Source: Polyangiales bacterium | Lineage (GTDB): Bacteria > Myxococcota_A > Polyangia > Polyangiales > Polyangiaceae | Assembly: GCA_038230375.1 (NCBI GenBank) | Contig: JBBRNJ010000023.1 | Span: 1 to 64,000, forward strand | Reading direction: 5' to 3' | Length of the DNA: 64,000 bases | In this document: piece after piece, positions 1 to 8,816 of the stretch | Layout of the letters: every line of letters begins with the position of its first letter | Position numbering within the stretch: position 1 is the first letter of the stretch | Program-made: the position numbers and the translations under genes | The notes under the pieces: model-generated | The model's database searches: none | Told to the model about the DNA's origin: nothing | Seen by the model: only the letters and a program-made list of their open reading frames with translations

Positions 1-2
1 AC

Positions 3-416
3 GAGCCCCGGAAGCGATACGCCGCAATGCAGTCGGGTCTCGACATTCACTACGACCTGGGTGCCGGACATCCCCTGCTCGGCCGCCGCATGCCAGATCT
101 CGACGTGCTCATCGCCGGCGACGCGCGGCGCGTATTCAGTCTGCTCCACGAGGCGAAGCCCGTCCTGCTGAATCTTGGTGAGCCCGGAGCGCTCGGCGTG
201 CTCGACGCGTTCAACGTTGGCGCGTGGTCGGATCGCGTACGCCTGATCGACGCGCGCTACACGGGCGCGTGGGAGCTCCCCGCGGTGGGCACGGTCGCCG
301 CGCCCACCGCTGTTCTCATTCGGCCCGATGGACACGTCGCGTGGGTCGGAGGCGGCAACGGCGGTCGCCTTTGCGACGCACTCACCACGTGGTTCGGGCC
401 GCCGATCGCGCCATAG
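3..416 (+). CDS. FAD-dependent aromatic monooxygenase (PheA/TfdB/Rox-like), C-terminal part; 5' end lies outside the window
   Basis: Open frame from window edge; GHPLLGRRMPDLD and AVLIRPDGHVAWVG are typical of the C-terminal domain of this family. Confidence 0.85.
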   Translation, partial: EPRKRYAAMQSGLDIHYDLGAGHPLLGRRMPDLDVLIAGDARRVFSLLHEAKPVLLNLGEPGALGVLDAFNVGAWSDRVRLIDARYTGAWELPAVGTVAAPTAVLIRPDGHVAWVGGGNGGRLCDALTTWFGPPIAP

Positions 417-436
417 CTCCTGAGGCAGTGCGCGGC

Positions 437-991
437 TCAGTTCAGACAGAAGCCGGTCTCGCACCTGACCCACTGCCAGGAGTGCGCGACGTCGTCGATC
501 ATCGCTTCCAGGTCGGTGAGCTCCTTCGGGTAGCAGCCGTTGCCCAGGTTGTGCGTGATGTTGGTGGTCGCGCCGCGGTCACGGATAGAGACGATGACGG
601 TGGGCTGGTCCGTGTCGTTCCTCGCGCACGGCGGCGGGTCCACGAGCGTCGTCAGCTGGAGCCGATCGACCACGTCCATCAGATGGCTCACCTGCCCGGG
701 GTCCGCGGTGCCCTTCTTCTGGCCGCGCACGTAGACGAACTCGCGCCCCTCGTACGTGACCTGTCCATCGCCGCTGATGTCCACGAAGTACGAAGGACAG
801 ATGCCGTAGCAAGCCTTGCGTTCCATGTGGATGGTGACCCCAGCCAGGTCCCGCGGCCCCGGAGGCTGCGCTGCGCCGCCCTGCCGTGCAGGAGCAATCG
901 GCGCAGCCACAACCGAGCTCTCCTCATGCGCGCACCCGGCAAGACCAAGCACCATCGCCACGAAGGCAGCCCTCACATACATCCAATCCAT
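437..991 (-). CDS. Lipoprotein, DUF6438-like
   Basis: Lipobox LAGC; ERKACYGICPSYFVDISGDGQVTYEG and TDQPT motifs. Confidence 0.7.
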   Translation of the reverse strand: MDWMYVRAAFVAMVLGLAGCAHEESSVVAAPIAPARQGGAAQPPGPRDLAGVTIHMERKACYGICPSYFVDISGDGQVTYEGREFVYVRGQKKGTADPGQVSHLMDVVDRLQLTTLVDPPPCARNDTDQPTVIVSIRDRGATTNITHNLGNGCYPKELTDLEAMIDDVAHSWQWVRCETGFCLN

Positions 992-1028
992 GGTACCGCG
1001 CGTCCACGGAAATACTTCCCGCGCGCGC

Positions 1029-2198
1029 TCATCGAGCTTTGAACAGGATCGCGTGGCGGATGCCTGCGGTGGGGCGCTCGACGTGGACGCCAGAGCCGTC
1101 GCGCCATGCAGCGCCGGTCGAGGGGCCGCCGTCCAGGTTCAGCGCGGACTCGCAGCCGTCGGCCGCAAGGAAGCTGGCCAGCGTGAACAGCGACGGACCA
1201 AATGACGGATCCGTCGCGTCGCGCACGAGCACCACGACCAGCTTCTGGCCGCCGTCCTTCACGCAAAGCGCGGTGCGCGCGGAGCGTTTGCCGTCGTCGC
1301 GCTTGATGTTCACCTTTCCCTCCACGACCAGGCGCGGCCGGCACTGAACGGCGAAGCGCGCGGCGCTCTGCGCGTCGGGGTCGAACGACTCCGTGGGGAA
1401 GAGCGTGGCGTGGCTGTCGTCTGCGATCAGCACGCCGCCAGACATCGTCTTCGAGAACGCGGAGACCGCCTTGCCTTGCGAGATGGCGAGTCCCAGCGGG
1501 CGGTCGTTCGTGTCGAAGAAGCCACCGTTGATCGCGAGGCTGGCGCCGGTGCGCGTCAGGATCTCGGCCAGGTCCGTGCCCATCTTCGCGTCCTCGATCA
1601 GGAGGTCGGTGCGAGCGACCTCGAACGAGAATATTTGAGGAACGTACGCGCGGCCGTCCTCGTGGAGCTCGCCGGGCCCCGTACTCGCCGCGCTGGTGGT
1701 GGCGGTCTGCGACGCGGCGAGCGCGAGCGGCGGTGAAGGCTCCGTGTGCGGCGACGTCTGGTCCGCGTCGCGGCTACTGCACGACGTGCAACCCGCCAGC
1801 ATGAAGAGGAGCACCGGAAGCACTGCGAGCAGCAAGAGCCGCGGAATGCGCTCGCGCTTCAGCGTGCCCTCGTCCTGGTCGTGCTCCAGGACGTCGCGGC
1901 ATGCCGTGGCCGCCTCGCGGAAAGGTGCGATCTGCACGTTGTGCAGGACGTCGGGTAGATCGTCCAGTTTGCTGACGGCACGCTGGAATAGCCGGCCCGC
2001 CGCCGCTGCGTCACGCTTTTCGTAGACCTTGTAGAGCGCCGCACAGACCTGGATGAGCCCCTGCAAGAGGAGCCGGGTCTGCGGATCTTCGGTCGCGCGC
2101 CAACCCTTCTCCCAGGCCTCGTGCGCCTCCCAGTAGCGGCCCTCCGCATACAGCTGTGCGCCCTTCTGGAAGTCGCGTGTGTCCACGAGTCCGCTCAT
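1029..2198 (-). CDS. DUF309 domain fused to phosphodiester glycosidase (NAGPA-like) domain
   Basis: N-term GRYWEAHEAWE/LQGLIQ (DUF309); C-term AINGGFF, ARTA, ALNLDGGPST (NAGPA); hydrophobic segment between; ATGA overlap with fdhD stop. Confidence 0.75.
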   Translation of the reverse strand: MSGLVDTRDFQKGAQLYAEGRYWEAHEAWEKGWRATEDPQTRLLLQGLIQVCAALYKVYEKRDAAAAGRLFQRAVSKLDDLPDVLHNVQIAPFREAATACRDVLEHDQDEGTLKRERIPRLLLLAVLPVLLFMLAGCTSCSSRDADQTSPHTEPSPPLALAASQTATTSAASTGPGELHEDGRAYVPQIFSFEVARTDLLIEDAKMGTDLAEILTRTGASLAINGGFFDTNDRPLGLAISQGKAVSAFSKTMSGGVLIADDSHATLFPTESFDPDAQSAARFAVQCRPRLVVEGKVNIKRDDGKRSARTALCVKDGGQKLVVVLVRDATDPSFGPSLFTLASFLAADGCESALNLDGGPSTGAAWRDGSGVHVERPTAGIRHAILFKAR

Positions 2199-3022
2199 GT
2201 GACGCGCTCCACGCCTGCGTAGACGTTCATCGCAGCGCCGCGCACGAACCCGGCCAGCGTGATGTTCGCGCGTGTGGCCAGGTCCACAGCGAGCGTGCTC
2301 GGCGCAGACACGCTCGCGAGCACCGGGATGCCAGCGACGGCGGCCTTCTGGACCAGCTCGAAGCTCGCGCGTCCGCTCACGGTGAGGATGTGCCCCGCAA
2401 GCGGGAGCTTCTTTGCAAGCAGCATGGCTCCGATCAGCTTGTCCACGGCATTGTGACGGCCCACGTCCTCGAACGCGACGACGCGCTCACCCTCGAACGT
2501 GGTGAGCAGCGCGCCATGGCACCCACCCGTGTGCGTGAACACCTCCTGTGCGCTCTTGATGGAGCCTACCGCGCGAAGGATCGCGTCGGCGGGCAGCGTT
2601 GCGCCCAAGGGCAGGGGCGTGCACCGCTCGAGCAGGTCGTCGATGCTCTGGCGACCGCACACGCCGCACGCGCTGGTGGTGAGCGTGCCGCGCCGTCCGG
2701 GCAGCTCGTCTGGCAACACGACCTTTGCAGTCGACACGGGTCTCACGTCGATCGTGTTCTCGCGCCCGGGGTCGCCGGTCCGTCCGCAATGGGTCACCGT
2801 GGCCACGTCGTCCACGCTCGTGATGACACCTTCCGCGAAGAGCAGGCCGAGCGCGAGCTCCCGATCGTGGCCCGGGGTGCGCATGGTGATCGCGAACGTG
2901 TCGCCAGAGACGCGGATCTCGAGCGGCTCTTCGCATGCGATCTGGTCACCGCGTGAAGAGAACGCGCCGTGCTCGTAGCGCGCGATGCCGATCTCCCTGA
3001 AGCTGCGTGCTCGGTTCGTCAA
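2195..3022 (-). CDS. fdhD: Formate dehydrogenase accessory sulfurtransferase FdhD/FdsC
   Basis: EEPLEI, TMRTPG, SACGVCG, TGGCH, EDVGRHNAVDK, SGRASFELVQKA motifs; next to FDH alpha gene. Confidence 0.95.
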   Translation of the reverse strand: MTNRARSFREIGIARYEHGAFSSRGDQIACEEPLEIRVSGDTFAITMRTPGHDRELALGLLFAEGVITSVDDVATVTHCGRTGDPGRENTIDVRPVSTAKVVLPDELPGRRGTLTTSACGVCGRQSIDDLLERCTPLPLGATLPADAILRAVGSIKSAQEVFTHTGGCHGALLTTFEGERVVAFEDVGRHNAVDKLIGAMLLAKKLPLAGHILTVSGRASFELVQKAAVAGIPVLASVSAPSTLAVDLATRANITLAGFVRGAAMNVYAGVERVT

Positions 3023-3028
3023 ATGAGC

Positions 3029-5806
3029 CTATTCCGCCCCGTCGAACGCGTCCTGGCGGAAACCCTTCGCCGCCTCGGGCGCCTTCGGATGCTCGCCGGG
3101 GACCTTGCGCACGGAGACCGCGGTCACCTTGTACTCGGGGCACTTGGTCCCGGGATCCGCGTTGCCGCTGGTGAGCAAGTTGGTCTTCACCTCGGGGAAG
3201 TGGAACGACAGGAATACATTCCCGCGCGCCACGCGTGTGGTGACGCAGGCCCAGGTCTGCACGCTTCCACGAGCGCTGGCGATCTCCACCATGTCGCCCG
3301 CAAGGATCCCCAGCTCCGCCGCGTCGCCGGGGTGAATCTCCACCAGGTCCGCAGGCTGCAGCTCCGAGTTGCCGGTGCGCCGCGTCTGCGTTCCGGAGTT
3401 GTAGTGCGCCAGCTGCCTGCCCGTGATCAAGATGAAGGGCAGCTCTGCGCTTGCGGACTCACCCGGCGGCTCCCACTCCACCGGGAACAGCACGCCGCGT
3501 CCGTTCGCGGTGAGGAACTGCTCCTCGTAGAGCACCGGCGTTCCCGGGTGGTCCTTGTCCGGAACGGGCCACTGCAGGCCTTGCGTGCCAAGACGCGCGT
3601 GCGAGATGCCGCGCATCTGTGGCGTGAGCTCCGCGATCTCGTCCATGACATCTGCGGCGTCCTTGTGCGGCATCTCGTAGCCAAGATGCTTGCTGAGCTG
3701 GATGAGAATATCCAGATCGCGGCGCGCGTCGCCCGGTGGCGGCACCGCCTGGTTCACGAGCTGCACGCGGCGCTCCGCGTTCGTGAATGTGCCTGTTTTT
3801 TCGAGGAATGCGGAGCCCGGGAGCAAGGCGTGCGCGAACTGCGCCGTCACGTTCTCGAAGATGTCGTGCACGACGAGCAGGTCCAGCGCGCGCAGCGCCT
3901 TCTCCACGTGGTGTACGTTCGGGTCCGTCTGCGCGATGTCCTCGCCGAAGACGTACATGCCGCGCAGCGTGCCGTCGATCGCGCTCTGGAACATCTCCGG
4001 GATCATGAGCCCGCGCTCCTTCTTGATGGTGACGTTCCACTTCTTCTCGAACTGCGTGCGCGTGGCGTCGTCCGCCATGGGGCGGTACATGGTCAGGTAG
4101 GTGGGTAGCGCGCCCACGTCGCTGGAGCCCTGCACGTTGTTCTGGCCGCGCAGCGGGTTGGAGCCCGCCCCACGCACACCAAAGTTGCCGGTGAGCAGCG
4201 CCAGGTTCGCGAGCGTGCGCACGCCGGAGACACCCTGTGACTGCTCCGTCACGCCCAGTCCGTAGTGAATCCCCGCGGGCGGACTCTTCGCGTAGAGGTG
4301 AGCGGCGCGCTCCAGATCCTTCGCTGGCACTCCGCTGAGCTCCTCGACCTTCTTCGGATCGTAGGTGGCAATGAAGTCCTTGTACGCCTGCCAGCCGTCG
4401 GTGCGCGCGTCGATGAACGGCTGGTTCGCAAGCCCGTCACGGATGATCACGTGCGCGAGCCCGTTATAGACAGCGACGTTGCTGCCAGGGCGAAGCTGCA
4501 GGTACACGTCGGCCATCTGCGCGAGCTCGATGCGCCGCGGATCGATCACGATGAGCTTTGCGCCGCGCAGCACGGCCTCCTTCATGCGCGCGCCCACGAC
4601 CGGGTGACCCTCCGTGGGGTTCGCGCCGGTGAGCAGGATGCACGCCGTGAGATCGATGTCCGCGAACGAGTTCGACCCGCCCGACTCACCGAGCGATCGA
4701 ATGAGCCCCAGCGACGTGGGCGAGTGACAGACGCGCGAGCAGTTGTCGATGTTGTTCGTGCCGATCGCCGTGCGGAACAGCTTCATGAGGAGGTAGTTCT
4801 CCTCGTTGGTGCAGCGGCTGGAAGAGATGGCGGCAAGCGCGTCGGGCCCGTGCTTCTGCTTGATGTCGTTCATGCGCGACGCGACGAACGTGTAGGCCTC
4901 ATCCCAGCTCGTCTCGCGCCACGTGCCGTCCGTGCGGCGGAGCAGGGGAGCCGTGAGGCGATCCGCGGCGCGCGCGTACTGGTGCGCAAAGCGGCCCTTC
5001 ACGCAGGTGTGTCCCACGTTGGAGGGACCTTCAGCGGCGGGGTCGATCGAGACCACGTGGTCGCCGCGGACGTTCACCTCAAGCGAGCAACCCACGCCGC
5101 AGTACGCGCACGTGGTGGTGACGGTCTTGTCGATGGTCTCCTTCAGCTTGAAGGCCTCTTCGTCCAGGGCGCCGGTGGGGCACGTCTGCACGCAGGCGCC
5201 GCACGACACGCAGCTCGAGTCCGCGAACGACGAGTCCATGCCGGCGACGATCTTCGTACCGAAGCCGCGGCCCGCGTAGGCCAGCGCGAACGCGCCCTGC
5301 ACCTCGTCGCAGGCACGAACGCACCGTCCGCAGACGATGCACTCGTTCATGTCCACCTTGATGTACGGATGGCGGTCATCCTTGGCGTACGCATGCCGTT
5401 CGCCCTGATAACGGCCGTTTTTCAGGCCGAAATGGGCTGCGACGTCGCGCAGCTCGTTGCGGTCGCCTTCGCGCGCGAGCGCTGCGTCTGGATAGTCGGA
5501 CAGCACCAGCTCCACGACGCCCTTGGCCACGCGGGTGGCGATCGGATCGTGCGTGTCCACCACCATGCCCTCGCGCACGGGCGTGGTGCATGCGGCGACG
5601 GGGCCACGTGCGCCCTTCACGCCGACCATGCACACGCGGCACGCGCCGAACGCGGCAAGCTTGGGGTCGTAGCAGAGCGTGGGAATGAAGATGTTCGCGC
5701 GCCGCGCAACGTCCAGGATGGTGGCGCGGTCGCTCGCCACGTATTCCTGACCGTCGATCTGGAGGCGCACCACCTTGCGCTCCGTGGTCGTTCCATCAGC
5801 GCTCAT
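3029..5806 (-). CDS. fdhF: NAD-dependent Mo/W-bisPGD formate dehydrogenase alpha subunit (FdsA/FdhF type, Cys-ligated)
   Basis: Start MSADG at 5806 (ATGA overlap); 2Fe-2S CRVC..AAC; CIVCGRC/CVSCGAC ferredoxin; CAYCGVGC; active site CSRVCH; LRGQNNVQG; PEYK. Confidence 0.95.
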   Translation of the reverse strand: MSADGTTTERKVVRLQIDGQEYVASDRATILDVARRANIFIPTLCYDPKLAAFGACRVCMVGVKGARGPVAACTTPVREGMVVDTHDPIATRVAKGVVELVLSDYPDAALAREGDRNELRDVAAHFGLKNGRYQGERHAYAKDDRHPYIKVDMNECIVCGRCVRACDEVQGAFALAYAGRGFGTKIVAGMDSSFADSSCVSCGACVQTCPTGALDEEAFKLKETIDKTVTTTCAYCGVGCSLEVNVRGDHVVSIDPAAEGPSNVGHTCVKGRFAHQYARAADRLTAPLLRRTDGTWRETSWDEAYTFVASRMNDIKQKHGPDALAAISSSRCTNEENYLLMKLFRTAIGTNNIDNCSRVCHSPTSLGLIRSLGESGGSNSFADIDLTACILLTGANPTEGHPVVGARMKEAVLRGAKLIVIDPRRIELAQMADVYLQLRPGSNVAVYNGLAHVIIRDGLANQPFIDARTDGWQAYKDFIATYDPKKVEELSGVPAKDLERAAHLYAKSPPAGIHYGLGVTEQSQGVSGVRTLANLALLTGNFGVRGAGSNPLRGQNNVQGSSDVGALPTYLTMYRPMADDATRTQFEKKWNVTIKKERGLMIPEMFQSAIDGTLRGMYVFGEDIAQTDPNVHHVEKALRALDLLVVHDIFENVTAQFAHALLPGSAFLEKTGTFTNAERRVQLVNQAVPPPGDARRDLDILIQLSKHLGYEMPHKDAADVMDEIAELTPQMRGISHARLGTQGLQWPVPDKDHPGTPVLYEEQFLTANGRGVLFPVEWEPPGESASAELPFILITGRQLAHYNSGTQTRRTGNSELQPADLVEIHPGDAAELGILAGDMVEIASARGSVQTWACVTTRVARGNVFLSFHFPEVKTNLLTSGNADPGTKCPEYKVTAVSVRKVPGEHPKAPEAAKGFRQDAFDGAE

Positions 5807-7626
5807 TGCGCACCTCCGGTCATCATCTCGGCGTTGAAATGCGTCAGGAGCGACGCGATGGGAATGGGAATGGCGCCGCCGTGCGCGCACAGCGAGCCAA
5901 GCTTCATGGTCTCGCACAGGTCGACCAGGAGCGCGGCATCTGCGTCCAGCTGCGCGCGATCGGTGCTGGTGCGCATGCGCTTCACGAGCTCCCACCCGCG
6001 GCGCCCGCCGATGCGACACGGAAAGCACTTGCCGCAGGACTCTGCGTCGCAGAACTCGAAGAGGTGAATGGCGATGTCGCGCACGTCCACGGTGTCGTCC
6101 CATGCGACCACGCCGCCGTGCCCGAGCAGGCCGCCGACCGCGTCGAACTCGTCGAAGCCGATCGGAGTGTCCAGCAGCGAGTCCGGAAGGACGCCGCCGA
6201 GAGGCCCGCCCACCTGCACGGCCTTGATGGGCCGACCCGTCTTCATTCCGCCGCCGAGCTTCATCAGCACCTCGCGCAGCGGCGTGCCGAAAGGGACCTC
6301 GTACATGCCGGGGCGCGTGAAGAGCTCGTTGATGGAGATGGCCTTCGTGCCGCGGCTCTTGCCAATGCCCATGGCCGCGTATGCGTCGCCGCCATGGCGC
6401 ATGATCCAGCCAAGGTTCGCGAGCGTCTCCACGTTGTTCACGATCGTGGGGCGCTCGAACAGGCCTTTTTCTGCGGGAAACGGCGGTCGCGCCGTCACCA
6501 TGCCACGGAGCCCCTCGAGCGAGCGGAGCAGCGCCGTCTCCTCGCCGCAGACGTACGAGCCAGCGCCCTCGACGATCTCGATCTCGAAGCTCCACCCGCT
6601 GCCGCGGATGTTCGTGCCGAGCCACCCCGCCTTGCGCGCATCTGCGACCGCCTTCTTCAACACGGGAACCGAGAGCGGATACTCCGAACGCACGTACACG
6701 AAGCCGCGCGTCGCGCCGATCGCGTAGCCGGCGATCGCGACGCCTTCGAGCACCGCAAACGGATCCTTCTCCATCAGGTACTTGTCGATGTACGAACCCG
6801 GATCTCCCTCGTCCGCGTTGCACACCACGAACGCGTCGCGACGCTCGGCGCCCGCAGCGCTGGAGGTCTTGCGCACGAAACCCGAAGCGAGCTTCCACTT
6901 CGTCGCGGTCGGGAACCCGGCGCCGCCGCGGCCACGCAGCTGTGAGCGCTCCACCTCTGCGATGGTCTCGTCCGGGGTCTTCTTCGCGAGCGCGAGCGCG
7001 AAGCCCTCCCACGCGTGATGCTTCTCCGCAACGTCGAGCTTCGTGGCATCCACGCCGCTCGCAGTGAAGAGCGCCAGCCGCTCCGTCACGATCGCGGGAC
7101 ATCCGTGCGCCTCGAACACAGGCACGTTCGCCACATCCGCGAGCCGCATGGCGCCGCGCCCCGCGACATGTGCGCCCAGATCTTTCGCGAGCGCCAGTGC
7201 GCTCTCGTTCGTGAGGCCAGCGTAGACCTTGCCCTCGACCTCGACGGTGGGGCCGGCGTTGCAGAAGCCAAGGCAGTACACGCCCTCGAGCGAGACGCTG
7301 CCGTCCGCGCTGGTCTCGTCGAGCTTCACGCCCAGCGCGTCCTCGAGCCACGTCACATGAGCCTCGCCGGATGTCGCAAAGCACGCGGTACCGCGACAGA
7401 CCTTCACGCGCGTCTTGCCGCGCTTCTTCATGCCCAGGTCGCCGTAGTACGTGGCCACGCCGAACACCGCGGCCTCGGGCTGGTGCGTGGCCTTCGCGAT
7501 CTCGGCGATGTCGTCCTGTGTGATCTCACGCTTGTCGTGCATCACGTGCTTGAGGCGCGACAGAGCGTTGTCGGTCAGGCTGAAATCAGCGCGGTGACGG
7601 CGTAGCTGGACAAGGTTGTGCGACAC
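5803..7626 (-). CDS. FDH diaphorase subunit: NuoE-like (FdsG) 2Fe-2S domain fused to NuoF-like (FdsB) FMN/NADH domain
   Basis: VCRGTAC and YCLGFC (NuoE); LRGRGGAGFP, NADEGDPG, YVCGEETAL, ESCGKCFPCRIG, SLC (NuoF). Confidence 0.92.
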   Translation of the reverse strand: MSHNLVQLRRHRADFSLTDNALSRLKHVMHDKREITQDDIAEIAKATHQPEAAVFGVATYYGDLGMKKRGKTRVKVCRGTACFATSGEAHVTWLEDALGVKLDETSADGSVSLEGVYCLGFCNAGPTVEVEGKVYAGLTNESALALAKDLGAHVAGRGAMRLADVANVPVFEAHGCPAIVTERLALFTASGVDATKLDVAEKHHAWEGFALALAKKTPDETIAEVERSQLRGRGGAGFPTATKWKLASGFVRKTSSAAGAERRDAFVVCNADEGDPGSYIDKYLMEKDPFAVLEGVAIAGYAIGATRGFVYVRSEYPLSVPVLKKAVADARKAGWLGTNIRGSGWSFEIEIVEGAGSYVCGEETALLRSLEGLRGMVTARPPFPAEKGLFERPTIVNNVETLANLGWIMRHGGDAYAAMGIGKSRGTKAISINELFTRPGMYEVPFGTPLREVLMKLGGGMKTGRPIKAVQVGGPLGGVLPDSLLDTPIGFDEFDAVGGLLGHGGVVAWDDTVDVRDIAIHLFEFCDAESCGKCFPCRIGGRRGWELVKRMRTSTDRAQLDADAALLVDLCETMKLGSLCAHGGAIPIPIASLLTHFNAEMMTGGAQ

Positions 7627-7725
7627 GCTTCCCTCGGGGTTCTTCCGCCCCGGAGTCTACGCGTTCCGTCGAGGAAAAGCCCGTGGTCGTGCGTCTCGCG
7701 ACCCGGCGCACGACGTCCTGCGTCA

Positions 7726-8691
7726 TCACTGGCACTTGCCGTTGTTGCACTTGGGGTTCGCGCCAGAGCAGTCCTTGTTGTCCTTGCACTGCACGCACTG
7801 ATCCTTGTCGCAGATCGGGGTGCCAGCGTCGGGGTTGCAGTCGGAGCTCAGCACGCACTGCACGCAGCGGTCGCTCGGGAGCGCGCAGATCGGCGTGGTC
7901 GGGTTCGCGGCGCAGTCGACCTTCGCCAGGCACTGCACGCAGGTCGACGTCGTGGTGTTGCACACCGGAGTGTTGCCGCCGCACTGTGCGTTGCTGCTGC
8001 AGGTCGGGACGCAGCGGTGCGCATCCGGATCGCACGCCTTGCCCGTTCCGCAGTCGCCCGTCGTGATGCACTCCACGCAGCTCAGGTCAGTGAGCAGGCA
8101 GAGCGGCCTCTGCACGGGGCAGTCCGAGTTCTTCAGGCACGCGCCGCATGTCCTCGTCGTTGGATCGCAGATCGGCTGACCCATCGGGCAGTCGGCGCCT
8201 GTGTTGCAGCCCACGCATGCGCCGGTGACGCTGTCGCAGAGCGGGGTGTTGCCATTGCAGGTGACGGCGCCGTCCCCGATGCAGGACGCGTGACAGCGAT
8301 GGTCGCCGGGCGCGCAGGCCGGGGCGGCCACGCCGCAGTCCACGTTGCTCCGGCATGCCTCGCAGGCACCCTCGATGCAGAACTTGTTGGCAGCCGTGCA
8401 GTCCACGTTGCCGCTGCACTGCACGCAGCCCAGCGTGGGATCACACTTGATAGGCGCGCAGGCCGTCGCTGCCGCCGTGCTGCATACCGAAAGCGAGCCA
8501 TCGCTCACATTCCCCGCGTCGGTGCTGCCGGCGGAGTCCACCTGTCCCGCCGCGTCGTTCCCACTTCCAGACGGGCCGTCGTTGCCGGCGTCGCCGAGGA
8601 TGCCCGTGTTCGTACCATCCGAGCCGCCACACGCGGCGACCCACGCCACTGTCCCGAAACCGATCACGAGAAAGAGCCGTGCACGCGCCAT
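7726..8691 (-). CDS. Cys-rich repeat lipoprotein
   Basis: Signal MARARLFLVIGFGTVAWVAAC; about ten C-x4/5-DC-x4-P-x-C...CVQC repeats. Confidence 0.8.
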   Translation of the reverse strand: MARARLFLVIGFGTVAWVAACGGSDGTNTGILGDAGNDGPSGSGNDAAGQVDSAGSTDAGNVSDGSLSVCSTAAATACAPIKCDPTLGCVQCSGNVDCTAANKFCIEGACEACRSNVDCGVAAPACAPGDHRCHASCIGDGAVTCNGNTPLCDSVTGACVGCNTGADCPMGQPICDPTTRTCGACLKNSDCPVQRPLCLLTDLSCVECITTGDCGTGKACDPDAHRCVPTCSSNAQCGGNTPVCNTTTSTCVQCLAKVDCAANPTTPICALPSDRCVQCVLSSDCNPDAGTPICDKDQCVQCKDNKDCSGANPKCNNGKCQ

Positions 8692-8816
8692 TCGAAGCCT
8701 CCCAGCCAAAGTTCGCTCGAACCACAGCAGTGGGGACGGCGACCGGTTTGGTTGCAGAGCGCACGAAGATCGGGAGGGCAATGAAGGACACGCGTACCGC
8801 TTGTGTGCGGCCGCGC

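Noticed and set aside
4715..4745. Possible selenocysteine in the FDH active site
   Set aside because: Motif is CSRVCH with a normal Cys codon and no in-frame TGA
5807..7384. 1451-aa ORF suggesting a giant FDH alpha subunit
   Set aside because: The N-terminal 526 aa are an off-frame shadow of the NuoEF-like gene; the real start is the ATG at 5806
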